Shown piece after piece: positions 1-13,151 of a DNA stretch of 64,000 bases. Under the pieces are notes generated by a model. The model was not told where the DNA came from. It saw only the letters and a program-made list of their open reading frames with translations, and did not search any database. Location: assembly GCA_965645245.1 (NCBI GenBank), contig OZ287081.1, positions 1,798,001 to 1,862,000 of the forward strand. Direction: 5' to 3'. The stretch comes from Massalongia carnosa (taxonomy: Eukaryota). The stretch's first letter is position 1. Each line of letters starts with the position of its first letter. The translations under genes and the position numbers were made by a program.

Positions 1-590
1 TAATAATAATGTAACACGGGATGCAGATGCTGACGCTGGGGATACAAATGCATAATGCTTGCATGGTCGATGAATGAATGAGCGTCTTGTAGGTAGATAG
101 TTACTCGTCCAGACTAACAGACTATCAATACTGGGGATCTGAGCGGGTGGAATTCTAGAGTCGGCTGACGTTCCTAGATAGATATATATGTAGATTAGGT
201 GGGTGGGTGGGTCTTTCAGGAGTCAAGAGGACAAGACAGCTAGGTAGCAAGCTAGATATCCCGAGACTGCGAGAGAGAGCGAGAGAAAGAAGGAGAGGGA
301 GGGCAACGACGGGTGGGGCATGGGGAGAATCTCACTCATCTCATCTCTCCTGCCACCGTCTGAAGCAACGAACAACAAGACAAGACGACATATGCAAGGG
401 CTCCTCGACGACAAGGAGGGCTCGAAGGTGAAGAAGAGGAAGAAGAAGAAGCGTCTGAAAGCGGTTAAAGGGAAGGAAGAAGAGTGTGATTCTCCACGGC
501 CGAGGCGAGGCGAGGAAAGCAACGACGTATGTACATGCCTACTGGTAGAGAAAAAAAAGGGAGGGGGAACAAGCTAAACGATCCTTCTAC

Positions 591-1891
591 CTACCTAGAA
601 CTCGAAGCGAGGCGCTCCGGATCGCCGTCCTCAAACACAAAAAGCCCCTTCCCGTTCCGGTGTCCCTCCAGCGTGCCCCGGACCGCCTGGACCAGCTCCT
701 CCCTCGGCGTCTCCCACTTCCACGGCACCTCTGCCACCGGGCCCTCCCGCAGCTGGCCCGCCCGCATCAGCGCCAAGATCCCCTCCACCGTCCTCCGCTT
801 CTCCTCCGGGTGCGCGTCGCTCCATCGGCTGACCCAGAACCCGGAGTACACCAGGTCGTTGAAGATGAGCGCGCCTGCCGGGATCCGGATAGGGCCCTCA
901 CCCATGGCCCCGTAGGTCACCACTTGCCCGCCCGGACTAAGCAGCTGGGCCAACCCGGTAAGCGGCCTTCCCCCTACGCAGTTTAATCCCAGCCCCAGGC
1001 GCTCTCTGCCTCCGTTCCTCCACTCCTTCACCAGGCCAGGAAAGTCTTTCTGCATGAGCTCATCGTCCGTAACTACCTTCGTTGCACCCAGCCCTTCCAG
1101 CTCCTTCTTCAATGCCTCCGTCCCTGGCCCAGGCCTCTTGCGTATTATCGCGATACTCTTGAACCCCCACATCCTTCCTAGCTGTATCGCCAGCCGTCCT
1201 ACCGCGCTATTCGCCCCGTTCTGCACGAACCAGTCGCCCTCTTGTAAACGCCCAAAATCCTTCAGCATGCGCCATGCCGTTACGGGATTCACGGACACGG
1301 TGGCCACCTGCGCGTGGGTCAAACCACTTCGATCGACCGGCATGACGGCCGCTTCGTCGACTTGGAGGTGGGTGCGCCATGTGCCAAGGCCTGTGGCGCG
1401 AGGGATCACCCAATCGCCTTTAGCGACGGTCTTGACCGAGGACCCAGTGGCGACTACCTCAAAACATCCTTCGTTCCCAGGAACTGCGCTAGGCGTACGG
1501 GTAGAGAGAGCAGTCGTGAAGGGAGGATGTATTGGGTATTTCCCTTGAATTTGGTTGATATCGGCTGGGTTGAGGGGCGCGGAGAGCGTGCGGAGAGTGA
1601 CGAGACTGGAGTGCGGTGGAGCGATCGAGTAAGTGTGTAGGCTATAGTAAAAGTATGAAAATTTAGTTCTTGAATCCTTCCAAGCTTCGGCCAGGGAGCA
1701 TACTCAAGCACGTCCGCGACGTTGCCGTGTTGCGAGTACACTAACGATTTGGCTTGGTGGTAGCCGAACGTGGAGAGGGAGCGTTGGCAGTCGCGGACGT
1801 TCTGGAAACCCGCTCTAGGAAGTTGAACGGTCGCGTAACACTGACGTTCCAGGGACGACGGCAGTGGCCCGAGTGGAAGTCTTGGAGGCAT
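591..1891 (-). CDS. ETR1: Mitochondrial 2-enoyl thioester (trans-2-enoyl-CoA/ACP) reductase, MDR family; exons 1891-1704 and 1641-591
   Basis: Motifs APLNPADINQIQGKY, PGNEG, VNPVTAWRML, QNGANSAVG, LNCVGG and VTYGAM; GT..AG intron 1703-1642 joins the two ORFs in frame; Arg/Leu/Ser-rich N-terminus resembling a targeting peptide. Confidence 0.9.
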
Positions 1892-2687
1892 TGGGGTGAT
1901 TTGACCACAAAGTCAACGGCGAGCTGGATGTTTTTTTTAAAGACATCTAAAGGGGGAACGGCTCAGCGGAACACCATCCGCGGCTTCATTCCGCAACTCG
2001 ACAAATCCTTAATTGCCTTTTCAATAATCCTTACTCCGTAGTCGTTATCACTCTTCAAGATATTCACTCCATAAAGCTATTTCCCCTTGTGTCGTGACCG
2101 ATGGTACCTCTTTTATATCTACCTACCGATCCAACCCGCTCAGGTAGCTCAGGAAGCTCAGGTAGCAATCTACCAGCGACTACCTATACCGTACTTCCTT
2201 TCCACCCACCTACCTACCCAACCCCTACCTGTCAATTGGCCTCACTAGATGTGTAGCTCGCATCTCGTATCTCGCCTCTTCGACCTAATGAGTAAGAAGT
2301 CCGCGGGCTCGCCATCTTTCGGTAGGTAGCTGGGTGGCGCAAGTGCTTTGATTAGTTAGGGGGGGTTGGGGTAGGAGAATGTTGAAGAGCATGCATAAGT
2401 GGCGGTGTTGGGGAAGTGAGGTCGGGAAGAGAAGCACGGAGTAAGTAGAACTACTCGATAGGTATGTAATGTAAGTAGTTCGCGGGAATAAGGAAGAGCT
2501 TGAAGTATGTGTTGGATCAGGACCGGAACCCTGTGTTATCTCGCGTCCCCGTTCCGGAATGCTTTTCATCCCATGAGTAAGACGTCAAACCGCCTACGTA
2601 ATTAGACAACTTTCCGAAAAGAAACGAAACGGCTCCTCCCTTTCTAAACCCCGTTTGCCAGTGCCGTAGCTGCGCGCTGAATTGCAC

Positions 2688-3764
2688 TCAGCGGATATGG
2701 CTGAAAAAATCCTCCGCGCCGAAAGACCCGCCGTCTCTCATTCCGTCCAGTACCGGTATTACCGGTGGCGGGCTCTTGACTCTTGCATCCTCCTGCTGTT
2801 GCCCTGCGTCAGACATGGCGGTATCGCTACCCAAATCCTTCATCCCGCCTCCCGAAACCGCTGCCCCATTCGCATTTGTGTTTCCGTTTCCGTTCATCTC
2901 GCCGTGCGCGAGATATACATTCTCGCCATCCCCATTCACCCCGAACGAACTCTTGCGCCGCCAAAATGTTCCGCTCTTTCGCTTTCTCAGTTTCGCTGAC
3001 ACTAGGTCGCCATCGTCCGTGACTCCCCCGGGCCGTTTCAGTTGCTCCTCGTCTTCGTATACAGTAGCCGGACCATTCACGACACCGCCATCTCCAGCCC
3101 CTGGACTCACCCCCTGAGCATGTATCCCCAGGGAACTTTTCCGCCGCATCCAGGAGCTGCCGCTCATTTTCGTGCTGAGGCTTGGGCGAAAACTAGAAAG
3201 GCTTGAGGCGCCTGGGGAGGCAGGGCGGTAGTTGTTGGAGTGTGGAGACTTAGGGGTTTGATCAGACGGGGAGTCTGGGATTGCGTTTTGTGAGGATCGC
3301 CGGAATACCTTGAAGGAGAGAAAGTTCCGTAGACTTGCTGATCGTTTAGGGGACTTAGATGCCAATATGTCGTTATAATTTGGGTTCGATGGCGGCGGTG
3401 AGGCATATGCGGAGGCGGTATATGAGGCCCGTGGATGTGCATTTGGAGTTTGAGGGCTGAGAGATGGAGAAGCAAGAGGAGAGCTTGGGTATGCGCCTGG
3501 CATGGTTGCTGTTGGGGAGAGTTCGGTAGAGGAAAGGTTGCGTTTTGAACTTGACGGCGGAAGTTTTGTGGGTGTGCTGGGCATGTCTTGTGGTTGGGAT
3601 GTTGGTGGAGAAGAGGAGGGTGGAGCGGGGATTGATGTACCAGAGGGGAGGGATTCAGAGAGGGAAAGTGGGAGACCTGAAAGTTGAAATGAGGGTAAGT
3701 GGGTGTCATCAGGATCAGGTATTGAGCTTTCGAGTTTCACGGAGGCGCTGTTATGTTCGGACAT
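2688..3764 (-). CDS. Hypothetical Ser/Pro-rich low-complexity protein
   Basis: Long open frame, likely starting at MSEHNS (3764); repeated basic motifs WMRRKSS and FWRRKSS; no recognisable domain. Confidence 0.65.
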   Translation of the reverse strand: MSEHNSASVKLESSIPDPDDTHLPSFQLSGLPLSLSESLPSGTSIPAPPSSSPPTSQPQDMPSTPTKLPPSSSKRNLSSTELSPTATMPGAYPSSPLASPSLSPQTPNAHPRASYTASAYASPPPSNPNYNDILASKSPKRSASLRNFLSFKVFRRSSQNAIPDSPSDQTPKSPHSNNYRPASPGASSLSSFRPSLSTKMSGSSWMRRKSSLGIHAQGVSPGAGDGGVVNGPATVYEDEEQLKRPGGVTDDGDLVSAKLRKRKSGTFWRRKSSFGVNGDGENVYLAHGEMNGNGNTNANGAAVSGGGMKDLGSDTAMSDAGQQQEDARVKSPPPVIPVLDGMRDGGSFGAEDFFSHIR

Positions 3765-3997
3765 GGCGAAAATCTGAGACTTGGTTGCAAAGTTGGAGAG
3801 AGCGTAGTGATGAATAGTCAATGGTAGTGTTGTAGCTTGTATAGGGGATGTTGTTGTATCAACAAAGAAGGCATAGAAGAGCAGAATCAATAGATGTACG
3901 AAGCACAGGCGAGCCGATGGACGAAGACCGATCAGCCTAGATAGAAGTGCGACAGATGATTAACCCCGACGAAGATGATGGTTTTAATGAATATTGA

Positions 3998-4066
3998 CAA
4001 GAAGAAGAGGGAAGAGGGAGGAGGGAGGAGGGAGGAGGGAGGAGGGAGGAGGAGGAAGGAGAGTGG
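3998..4066. repeat. Polypurine (GGA/GGAG)n tract
   Basis: Visible run gaagaagagggaagagggaggagggaggag... upstream of the 2688-3764 gene. Confidence 0.8.
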
Positions 4067-4649
4067 AGTAAAGGACTGAGCGCAACAACGAACTAGGACT
4101 GCTTCTCTGGTCTCTTAAGCCATCCGAGCGGTTGCGTGCACAATTATCTTTCCAAACAAAGTGCGAAACATGTCCTCTGTAACGTCACGGCGAAGTTTGT
4201 TTGCTTTTCTAAACCCATTTGCACGGTTCTCCTAAGCCAAAAAGCGTCGGGCTGAGCCAATCAGTCATCATCATCGCCCCCGGTATCGTCGTCGCCCTCC
4301 TCGTCCATCGTTCCCATCGCACATGAATGCACCCAAACGATCGATGACATGCATCATCTCCTGCCGGGCTGCAGAACGTGGCTTATTGGACAGGGTCTGG
4401 CCGCGCAGACGTGCAGCGATGGAGCCGTTATACAGAAAGGGCAGGGAATCCGTCGACACGGGCTGCACCACGAAAGGAGTGGATATACAAGCGTACGTGG
4501 TATCGGATTACTCTGTAAGTACCGAGTACCCTGCACTCTGCTGTTCATTTTGTCCATTCCTCTACAATCATCACGATGAATCTAATACTCATCGAATACG
4601 GAGTGGAATGACTGTGATGTACAAGCATCGCGCAAGGCATTATGAACAT

Positions 4650-7078
4650 TCATCTAGCCTTTCCACATTCCACACAACAGTCTTCGGCTTTGGGTCGCCC
4701 ACTTAATGTGTCCACCACCCCCTTTAACGATAGCCAAGCCTCCTGTAGTGGGCGCCGATCCTTCCAATTCGTCTCTTCTCTCTCCAGCAGCTCCATCGGC
4801 CCAAATACCACGCTGGCGCCTTTAATTCCTATCACCACCATGCTCATGTCGTCCGCCACAATTTCGTCCTCACTGCGCCCCGCATACTCTTCGAGATACT
4901 GGATGCACTTTACCGCCAGACGCACCGCCCGTACTCGGTCCATGGGTGAAGGCGTGCCGCCTTGCTGGACATGGCCTGGAATCGCGAATCGAGACTCAAA
5001 CCGACCTTTGGATTCTTCGTGGATCATGTTGGTGATGACTTCGGTGGTGTAGGTCTTTGAAGCATGCTCGTTCCGGAGGATCAATTTCCCTGCTCGGCTT
5101 TGCCCATGGTCTTTGGCGAACCCTTGCCGCAAGTACTCAATGTCACGAACCAGCATCTTAAGGCTGATTCCTTCCTCAGGCGTGTATACAGCTGTAGCAC
5201 CAATCGAAAGACCTGCCATGGTAGCAACGTAGCCAGACCGTCCGCCTTGCGTTTCTACCACGAACACACGACGCCGAGATGCTGAAGCCGACTGCTTGAT
5301 AGCGTCACAGTAATTCACGAGTGCATTGAGACAAGTGTCACTGCCAATCGAGTACTCCGTTCCTGGCACGTTGTTGCTGATGGTGGCAGGAAGAATCACC
5401 ATTGGTATCCGGAACGATGGATAGTCCTTGCGTGCTTTTCGTAGTTCACTAAGAGCTGTGAAAGCTTCGAATCCACCGATAAGGAATAATGCGTTAAATT
5501 TGTAGAGCTCAAAGCATTCGGCGGTCTTGGCCATATCTTCCGAAGGCAAAACTCGATTCGTCCCGATCTCTGACCCCCCTTTGCTGATCCATCCTTCCAC
5601 CGCCAGCCAGTTGAGCTCGCGCACGGATCCTATTGGCTTGTCGTCATGATGGCGGCATAGACCAGAGAAGCCGTTGTGAATGGCAACTGGCGTGTGGCCT
5701 CTTGCCAGGCAGTATGCCACAGCTGCTCGAGTTGCAGGATTCATTCCTCCCGCCGGCGCACCAACATGGATGATAGCAACGCGCATATGCTAGATTGTTT
5801 TTAGTATATATCTTTATAAGTCTTCGAAGATACGATACCTTGTTTATGGGTAATCTTAGCTCAGGTTGATTCGTAGCAGTAGTAGTCTTGTACGCGTTGT
5901 AATACTCGGCAAATTCAGCATTGCGAAGAATCATGGCACGATTAAAATCTTTCTGCTGGATGGCTTTAGCAACCTCTTTGGTGGCGATGACTGCTTCCAT
6001 CAAAGGAGCTCGAACTATCTTATTTTCAATAACTGCTATTATAGGGGTCGGGGTTTCCGGAGTGGCTTCAAGGATCGCCTCAACGGCTTCGACGCCCTGC
6101 AAGGTGGAGAGGATTCGATCATAAGCACAGGCATTCCCACCTCGTTGAACGTGCCCAAGGGTCGTGATACGTGTATCGAGACCGAGTCTGTTGGATAGAA
6201 GATCTTTGACTTGAGTGGGCAAGATCTTTTTCAGGGCGTGGTCTTGGGCGCCTTCTGCAACAATAACAATAGTTTTCCGTTTCCCGAGTTTGCGGTGCTG
6301 TGCCTCGTTAGGAGTTGCTAATTGGCCCTAACAGCTGCCATACCTTGGAAATTGTGTTGCACATATCTGTCTCCCAGCCTTCCAAAGGTGGGTTTTCAGG
6401 TAGAAAAACAAAATCCGCGCCGGTGCTGACGCCAGCCATGAGTGCAAGCCATCCACATTGCCTTCCCATGACTTCAATCACAAATGCACGCTGGTGTGAA
6501 AAGGCCGTAGAGTCGATGTAGTCGACGGCCTCACAGATCCTCCCTAGGGATGAGTAGCAGCCAATAGTAGCATCGGTGGAAGCCATATCATTGTCGATTG
6601 ACCCGACCAGACCTACAATGTTCAGATGTTTAAATGGGGCCACCTGCTGTGCTGTCACTTCCTTTCTGTCTACCAGCTCATTCGTCAGGCTAGACCATTC
6701 GCTTCGAAATATGTCCGCTCCGGTCAAGCTACCGTCTCCCCCAATGATGATGAGAGCATCGATTCCCTTCATGACCATATTCTTCGCAGCTTTCAATCGA
6801 CCAGGTCGTTCCATGAACGATTTGCATCTCGCGGTACCAATGAGAGTTCCTCCTTCCGACAGCCAGCCTCGGACATCTTCCCAGTACATTTGCTTTATCA
6901 AGTCCCCGCCTTGTACTAGGCCTTCGTAGCCTTCATATATTCCATAAGCTTCGCATCCCTTCGCGATTGACATTCTTACTACGGCTCGCACGGCACCGTT
7001 CATTCCAGGTGCATCTCCTCCACTGGTCATCACGCCGATTCGCCGCTTTCTGCCAGCCAAGGGCTCTGGGGGAGCCAT
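4650..7078 (-). CDS. pfkA: ATP-dependent 6-phosphofructokinase (eukaryotic two-domain type); exons 7078-6344, 6297-5839 and 5789-4650
   Basis: [48 protein letters not shown] and ETQGG motifs; two GT..AG introns join the ORFs in frame. Confidence 0.97.
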
Positions 7079-7163
7079 GATTTCAAGGGACGGGAATGTA
7101 TGTATATTTGGTTGGTTCGACAGGCAACCAAGGCAATGAGACAATCAGAGGATAGACAGTAAA

Positions 7164-7220
7164 GTTGAGGTTGAGGTTGAGGTTGAGGTTGAGGTTGAGG
7201 TTGAGGTTGAGGTTGAGGTT
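7164..7220. repeat. (GTTGAG)n hexanucleotide microsatellite, about 9 units
   Basis: Directly visible; lies between the divergent pfkA and MED17 starts. Confidence 0.95.
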
Positions 7221-7741
7221 AAAGACGGGAGAAGAGGAGCTATACAATATCTCTTTAGGTTGAGGGCAAAAGAAGAGCTCGTTGGGGGAAAATACCCGAC
7301 TTTGCAACGTGACTGGGGGGGTGCGTGGGGGAATCTTATCGATTGGCGGAGTTTAGCAATCGACATTTTATGCACACATTTGCGCGGTGCATTGACCACT
7401 TTACTGTACGAAGCAACATATCTAGTTATGGGATGATCCAAATACTTGTTACTGTACGTGAGGATAACTGATAAACGATCAAATGGAATGATCAAATGGG
7501 ACTGTCACTGACAGCTTTGCACGTATTCTACGAAGTACTCCCACTTCTTCGGGAACGTGGGAGGTTCTTCGGTACTCGGTACTCGGTGCTTAGTTACCGT
7601 TGGAAGCAGGCCCGAGAATTCTTCCGGTTAGGGCTGATCGGCATGCGCGCGTCGGTTTCCTTCGCCCCTTGCTTGAGTGAAGAGGACCAAAGGCGAAGGG
7701 AGCGAGAGCCCTTTAGGATGATAACTTCCACACTATCCACC

Positions 7742-9735
7742 ATGACTGATCCGCTTGTGATCTCTCTCAAAGCTTGTCCTGCGCCGAATGACACCAAAGA
7801 GTCACTTCCTTTCCTCATCGCGCGGATTAATGAGCAGCGAGGCTCATTTCGCAATGTAACAGAAGAGAGTCTCGAAGAGGAGATAGGAGCATTGAATGCC
7901 GGCGAAGCTAACCTTGAAGATCAGACTATGGTGGCACATGATGCCGTGGACGATATCAAATCCCGAAAGGAAGAGATATCGACCGCTCGGGATGAGATTG
8001 TTCGCCAAGTCGGGTGAGAGTTTACCCCCCGAGGCGGTTGGTAGAGTATCTAAGTGGTTTTAGGCAGGCCTATATGGAGAGCACACATGCCCTAGACTTT
8101 GTGTCACTTCTTCTCTCCAAGCATACCCCCCGGCAAGCCGAGCTCACCATGTCTCCCTTTCTCAAGCAGAATTTGCCCATGGGCTGTGTGGGTGCTGAGG
8201 TTATTCAAACACCCCAGAAATCTCCGGCAGAACAGCAGACCGAGGAATTGGTTTCGATGGGTTGGAAAATGCAGTCATTGGGCTCAGCGGCGGATTTACT
8301 GCTCACTTCGGCGACTAGGCTGGAGGAAGAGACCAAGCGGGAATCCACATATTGGAACCAAGTCCTTGCAGTGAAAGAATACGGCTGGGCATTATGTCGG
8401 CTACCTCGAGAGAAGCACACATTAGGGGTTCGCTATGGCTTCGCTGAAGGTAGTAGAATACATCACGCTCGTTCAAAACGAATACTAAACATTTGCGCAG
8501 CACATTCTGATTTCCGGGATCGGGGGCTTGCAGCGCTGCGGCGGGACGAAGCTGGCAACGTCAGGCTAGATCGTGGTATAAAATCATCGGACCGAGCGCT
8601 TCGAGTCCGGGTTCTAAAGGGCGGAAAGCCAACTGGCTCCAGCGGCCAAGCGCCCGAATCGGCCGTCGGCGATGTCCCAGTAGAAAAGCTCTTGTTGAAC
8701 GCTCGGAACAGTATCTTTGACGAAGAACTTCATCACGAACTCCATCGGGAGGCGCGTAATTATGCCAATCAAGGGGTGCAGTGTGTCGACGATAAAATAT
8801 TGCTTCCGTATGCTGATGGCCAGCAAATCGAGATCGATCTTCTCTCTCCGACCTGCGAGGAAGCATCATTGTGTAACGATAACTCTGCCCTTGAAAACAC
8901 AGTCGCTACAGGAACCGCCATAGCTCTTCGTGTTCTGTTATCACATGCTCATCGTCAGAATCTGCGCCGCCGTTCTCAAGCCCCCCCGCCAATTGCTGAA
9001 AAGCAAACCCCACGACCTGTATACACAGTTCTAAGGCCGATAGTTGAGAATCTACAGCATCGTTCAGCATCGAGTTCTTTAAGTCAGGTCTTGACACGGC
9101 TAGTAAAGATACTGAAAGCCGCTGGCCTGACGATAAAAGTCGATAACCCAACTTCACCCTACAAATCTCATCAAATGCTTTTAAAAGGCAACAACTCATC
9201 GGTTTCTATGACGGAAGATTTCATTGATGCGCTTACGATACCTCTTCAGTCATCATATAGAGTTCACCTTCCCACCGCACTAACGGTGATTAAAATCGAC
9301 ATTCATACAAGTCTTCAACCTCCATTTTCAGGTACGAGCTTCCAGTTAACCTCTCTCTCCTCCGTACCTGGATCTAAAATTACTACTATGCCACCATCAT
9401 TGTACTCCTCATCCTTCACTGATGTAGAGGGTCATCTACTGCATCACATGCAACTGGATATACTCTCGCTTATAGCCTCTAACCCCGACCCGAAAGGCAA
9501 GTGGACCATTGGAGCTGCGCATGCTGGACGAATGACTAGGAGAAATAAGGCGCGGGACAGCCTTGATCAAATTACAGTAACGCTCGTGCAAGACCATCTT
9601 TCTTTGTTCTGGCAACGTCACGGGCCTCCAAAGCTAAAAGGTTGGAAAAGGTGGGATTCTTCTGGCCAAGGTTTTGTTGATGAGGATAACCAGAGGCATG
9701 GTTTGCTTGAATCGGTTGGAGAGTTTCTGCAATAG
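7742..9735 (+). CDS. MED17: Mediator of RNA polymerase II transcription subunit 17; exons 7742-8013, 8064-8449 and 8501-9735
   Basis: Fungal Srb4/Med17-like motifs LIARINEQRGSFRNVTEESLEEEI, ALDFVSLLLSK, LGVRYGFAE and ARNSIFDEELHHELHREAR; two canonical introns, the second 51 nt and in frame. Confidence 0.9.
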
Positions 9736-10422
9736 CTCATCAAGAACTGGTTCACGTCCCACGCTGAGATCTGATCCTTTTCAAAAAATTAGTTAACTCT
9801 GTGACTGTTGTTTATAAAAACTGTCCGCTAGGTTGGTGAAGTTCCATCTCTTAGAAGCACTTTAAGCAGAAACACGTCCTAGTTGCTGAACATCATTTAC
9901 TTTCAAATTAGACATGCACCACGATCCATAGCTTACCATTCAATTCTCGGGGACTGAGACAAATTCCAAAATCACCAGATATTCTCATCACGTCCAAACC
10001 AAGTTAATAGGGAGTGTGCTCGCTCTGTGGCTGGACTCAACCGAGAGTGATGACTGCACATAATGACCTTCGGGCCAATTTTGCTCCGGTGAGCATACCT
10101 AGGTAGTTCAGTGATGAGAAAACAGAGAGAATAAAACCATTACGGATCGTACAAGGACATTGACGGAGGGTTTTTTGATTACTGATCTGGAATGTCAGCG
10201 GCGCTGTTAGTTTCTATCATACAGGTTAAGGATATAAAACCAGAGCAATCTAACTTTCACTTAACACAACAATTGAACAAACATTTGGATTTGCCTGTCA
10301 TATAATAGCGAATTGGTCATCGTCTTTTTATACAAATCTTTATTCGCTTGTGTCTTGCATCAAGCTTGATCATTCCACCAATCCCCTTGGACACCTCTCA
10401 TAACAGCACTTCATTGATCATC

Positions 10423-11274
10423 ATGGCTGCTCAGCAAACAGCAAAGACAAAATACCTAGACATCAATGGTACTAGCTTTGCCTATCGACGTTTTGGCCAA
10501 TCATCAGGCCTACCACTCGTGCTGTTGCAGCACTTTCGAGGCACCATGGATCACTGGGATCCCGCTTTGATCAATCCTTTAGCCCGAACCCGTCCAGTCA
10601 TTCTTCTTGATAATACCGGCGTCGGTAAAAGTGGTGGCGAGGTCCCTCTCACTTTCAAAGGATGGGCGGAGAACGTCATCCTGCTTCTTCGTGCTTTAGA
10701 AGTCAAGCAAGTCGACCTGCTAGGCTTTTCGATAGGCGGCGCAGCTGCGCAGATGGTGGCTCTGAACGCCCCTGACATTGTGCATAAGCTTATCTTGGCT
10801 GGAACCAGCGCCAGCCAGAACCCAAGCACTGTCGCCGGCCGGAATGCCATTTTCAATGAATTTGCATCCGCTACGACTCAAACGGAAGTTGAGCTAGCTT
10901 TTATGCACTCATTTTATCTGGGCACCGACGTAGGGGAAATGATAGCAAAAGACTCCTGGGAGCGAATCCATGAGAGAAAGGCTGACAGATCGAATATTCT
11001 TGGGGCGGAGGGCACGCAACGACAGATCCAAGCCTGGCAGCAATGGTCGACTTCTGATCCCTCCAACTCCTTCGACCGGCTCCGCGAGTTGCAAATCCCT
11101 ATTTTCGTGGCCGATGGCGATCATGATGTGATTATCCCCTCGCCCAATTCGTGGGAGCTGTCCCGACATCTCGAGAATGCTCATTTGCATATCTATCCGC
11201 TTGCAAATCATGGGTTTCTGAACCAGTATGCGGAGTTGTTCACGACTCATATCGTGCAGTTCTTGGATAACTAG
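10423..11274 (+). CDS. Alpha/beta-fold hydrolase, intronless
   Basis: HFRGTMDHWDP, nucleophile elbow GFSIGG, acid residue in DGDHDV and His in YPLANHGFL. Confidence 0.9.
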   Translation: MAAQQTAKTKYLDINGTSFAYRRFGQSSGLPLVLLQHFRGTMDHWDPALINPLARTRPVILLDNTGVGKSGGEVPLTFKGWAENVILLLRALEVKQVDLLGFSIGGAAAQMVALNAPDIVHKLILAGTSASQNPSTVAGRNAIFNEFASATTQTEVELAFMHSFYLGTDVGEMIAKDSWERIHERKADRSNILGAEGTQRQIQAWQQWSTSDPSNSFDRLRELQIPIFVADGDHDVIIPSPNSWELSRHLENAHLHIYPLANHGFLNQYAELFTTHIVQFLDN

Positions 11275-11619
11275 CTGATCATCGTGCTATGTCGGGTTGG
11301 AGCAAGAGCAAGTGAAGATACAAGAAGGAGAAAGGTAGATCAACAATACTGTGTTAAGCGGACGTCATCACCTCATCAATTTGTTCATTTTGAACTTTAA
11401 GTCTTGTCAGCTTCAATTTTTGTTTTTCTATAAAAGATCTATCTACGTTCATAATTCTGATTCTGCTTTCGTGTATATTCATTCATATGATTATATATAA
11501 TAACTGCAGATATCAAATGTTTTATCCTCTTGATTTCAATTTATCGAGCATGTCAGTAAGCAAAAGACTATCACGATGTCGACAATATGAATTTATCTGT
11601 TTTTTAAATAACAAAAAGC

Positions 11620-11930
11620 GATGTCCAAAATAGTTGGACAAGTAAGGGAGAGAAAGGGCATAAATAGGTGGCCTTTTGGCACTCTTCTCCTCAGCATCAC
11701 CATTGATTCGGAGTTCAGCACCAAAAGGTCTTTTGCCCACCCACCCACTCCCTAAATCAGCCGCATAGGTAGATTGAGTTTTTCCCCTCACTGCTGCCAA
11801 AACAAAGCCATTATAGGAGGGGCCCTCAGCAAAACTGAGCGCCAGCAGGGCAGCAGCGAGGGGAGAGTTGCCCAAATATAGATAGAAATTACGTATATGT
11901 TCAGCTGACACGATGGAGCCCGCGAATTAC
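11620..11930 (+). mobile_element. Terminal-repeat fragment related to the DIRS/Ngaro-like element at 54290-56016
   Basis: 11620-11735 is a diverged reverse-complement match to 55810-55925, the repeat with a TATA-like cataaatagg upstream of that element's gag-like ORF. Confidence 0.55.
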
Positions 11931-13151
11931 CCATGCATTGATTCCAAATCCGATGAAGACAAAGCAATGCGGGCATGTGACGTGCCTCCAGCCAAATATT
12001 ATTTTGCGACTCTTGAGCATTAGAACATAATAGACCATATCGAGGACGAGGAAAAGCATATACAGCCCACTGGCTCTGGAGGTATGTCTTCAATATAACC
12101 CGCGCAATTAGGTCTCGTCGCTTTAATTCTGTTGAGTATAGTGTTGAATTTTGCCTGTGTTTTAGCTTTGGCCGCATCCCAGAAAAGATTCCGATGATAT
12201 GTCTTCTTCCAATTTTTATCGACATTGTCTCCGAGATGTTTGCAACAATGAGCACTTAAAGCGACAGGGAAATGATCAGATACTGCATGTTTGATACCTT
12301 TGTTGCGATCACTAATAATCACTGCTTGTCGTCCCGAGCGAAATCGAATATATAATGCCATTGCCCGTAAAAAATAGATCCAGTTATCTTTGTTCTCGAT
12401 TGAGACCAATGCCCACGTCAGTTCCAATACCTCGTTGTTACCGTCTTGAGTAACAAGAGACAAGATCACAAGCCCGTCCGATATCTTGCAAGCGGTACCA
12501 TCACACTGAAGCACCGAACGACAATGACGAAAAGCACGCTCAGTCGCCTTTGGCAGTACCCAACATCGTTTGAAACAACCGTCCTCATCTAACTCCAGAT
12601 TTGTTCATGCTGTTCGTGTATTGTTTTGTTCTTCGCATGCTGACAAGAATGCAGGTATATATTGAAAGCTTTGCTTAATATTGCCAAACCGCTTAATCTT
12701 GAGAAACTCTTTTGTGCGCCACGTCGCCATATAGTTTGTGTTGTTTCCTCGACTGGAAGTCTCGACGGTTATTAAATGCCTCGATTTAACCCGATGATCA
12801 GATTGCACAAGCGCTTGATTTGTCTTATTGGTGGCTAAATACTGAACAGCATTGCTACCTGAATGGCCGGAGTGGTTCGATATGGCACAGGTATGAGGGA
12901 TCATTTTAGTGAGTTTCCCTGATCTAATGTCAGTATTTCTTTGTCTTAGCTCTTATACATTTAAGTATTACATCTCCCAGTTTTGTTGGACAAGCTAGCT
13001 CTGATTTGAAAGTCACAATGATCGCACTTAACTAGATATCTATTCTTCTCGGTCGCACTTAACTAGATATCTATTCTTCTCGGTCGCACTTAACTAGATA
13101 TCTATTCTTCTTGGCCTTCTCAACACGCCATGACTCGCCCTTGCTTGCAAG
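11931..13151 (-). repeat. Inverted duplicate of MULE transposase segment 13538-14741
   Basis: ORFs 12020-12514 and 12605-12904 are identical to 14113-14607 and 13723-14022; contains a 31-bp triplication at about 13022-13114. Confidence 0.95.

Noticed and set aside
207..577. Short Lys/Arg-rich ORFs at the window start
   Set aside because: Purine-rich low-complexity sequence with no convincing gene structure.
7083..7495. ORFs with NLNL or STST repeats
   Set aside because: Translation artefacts of the (GTTGAG)n microsatellite.
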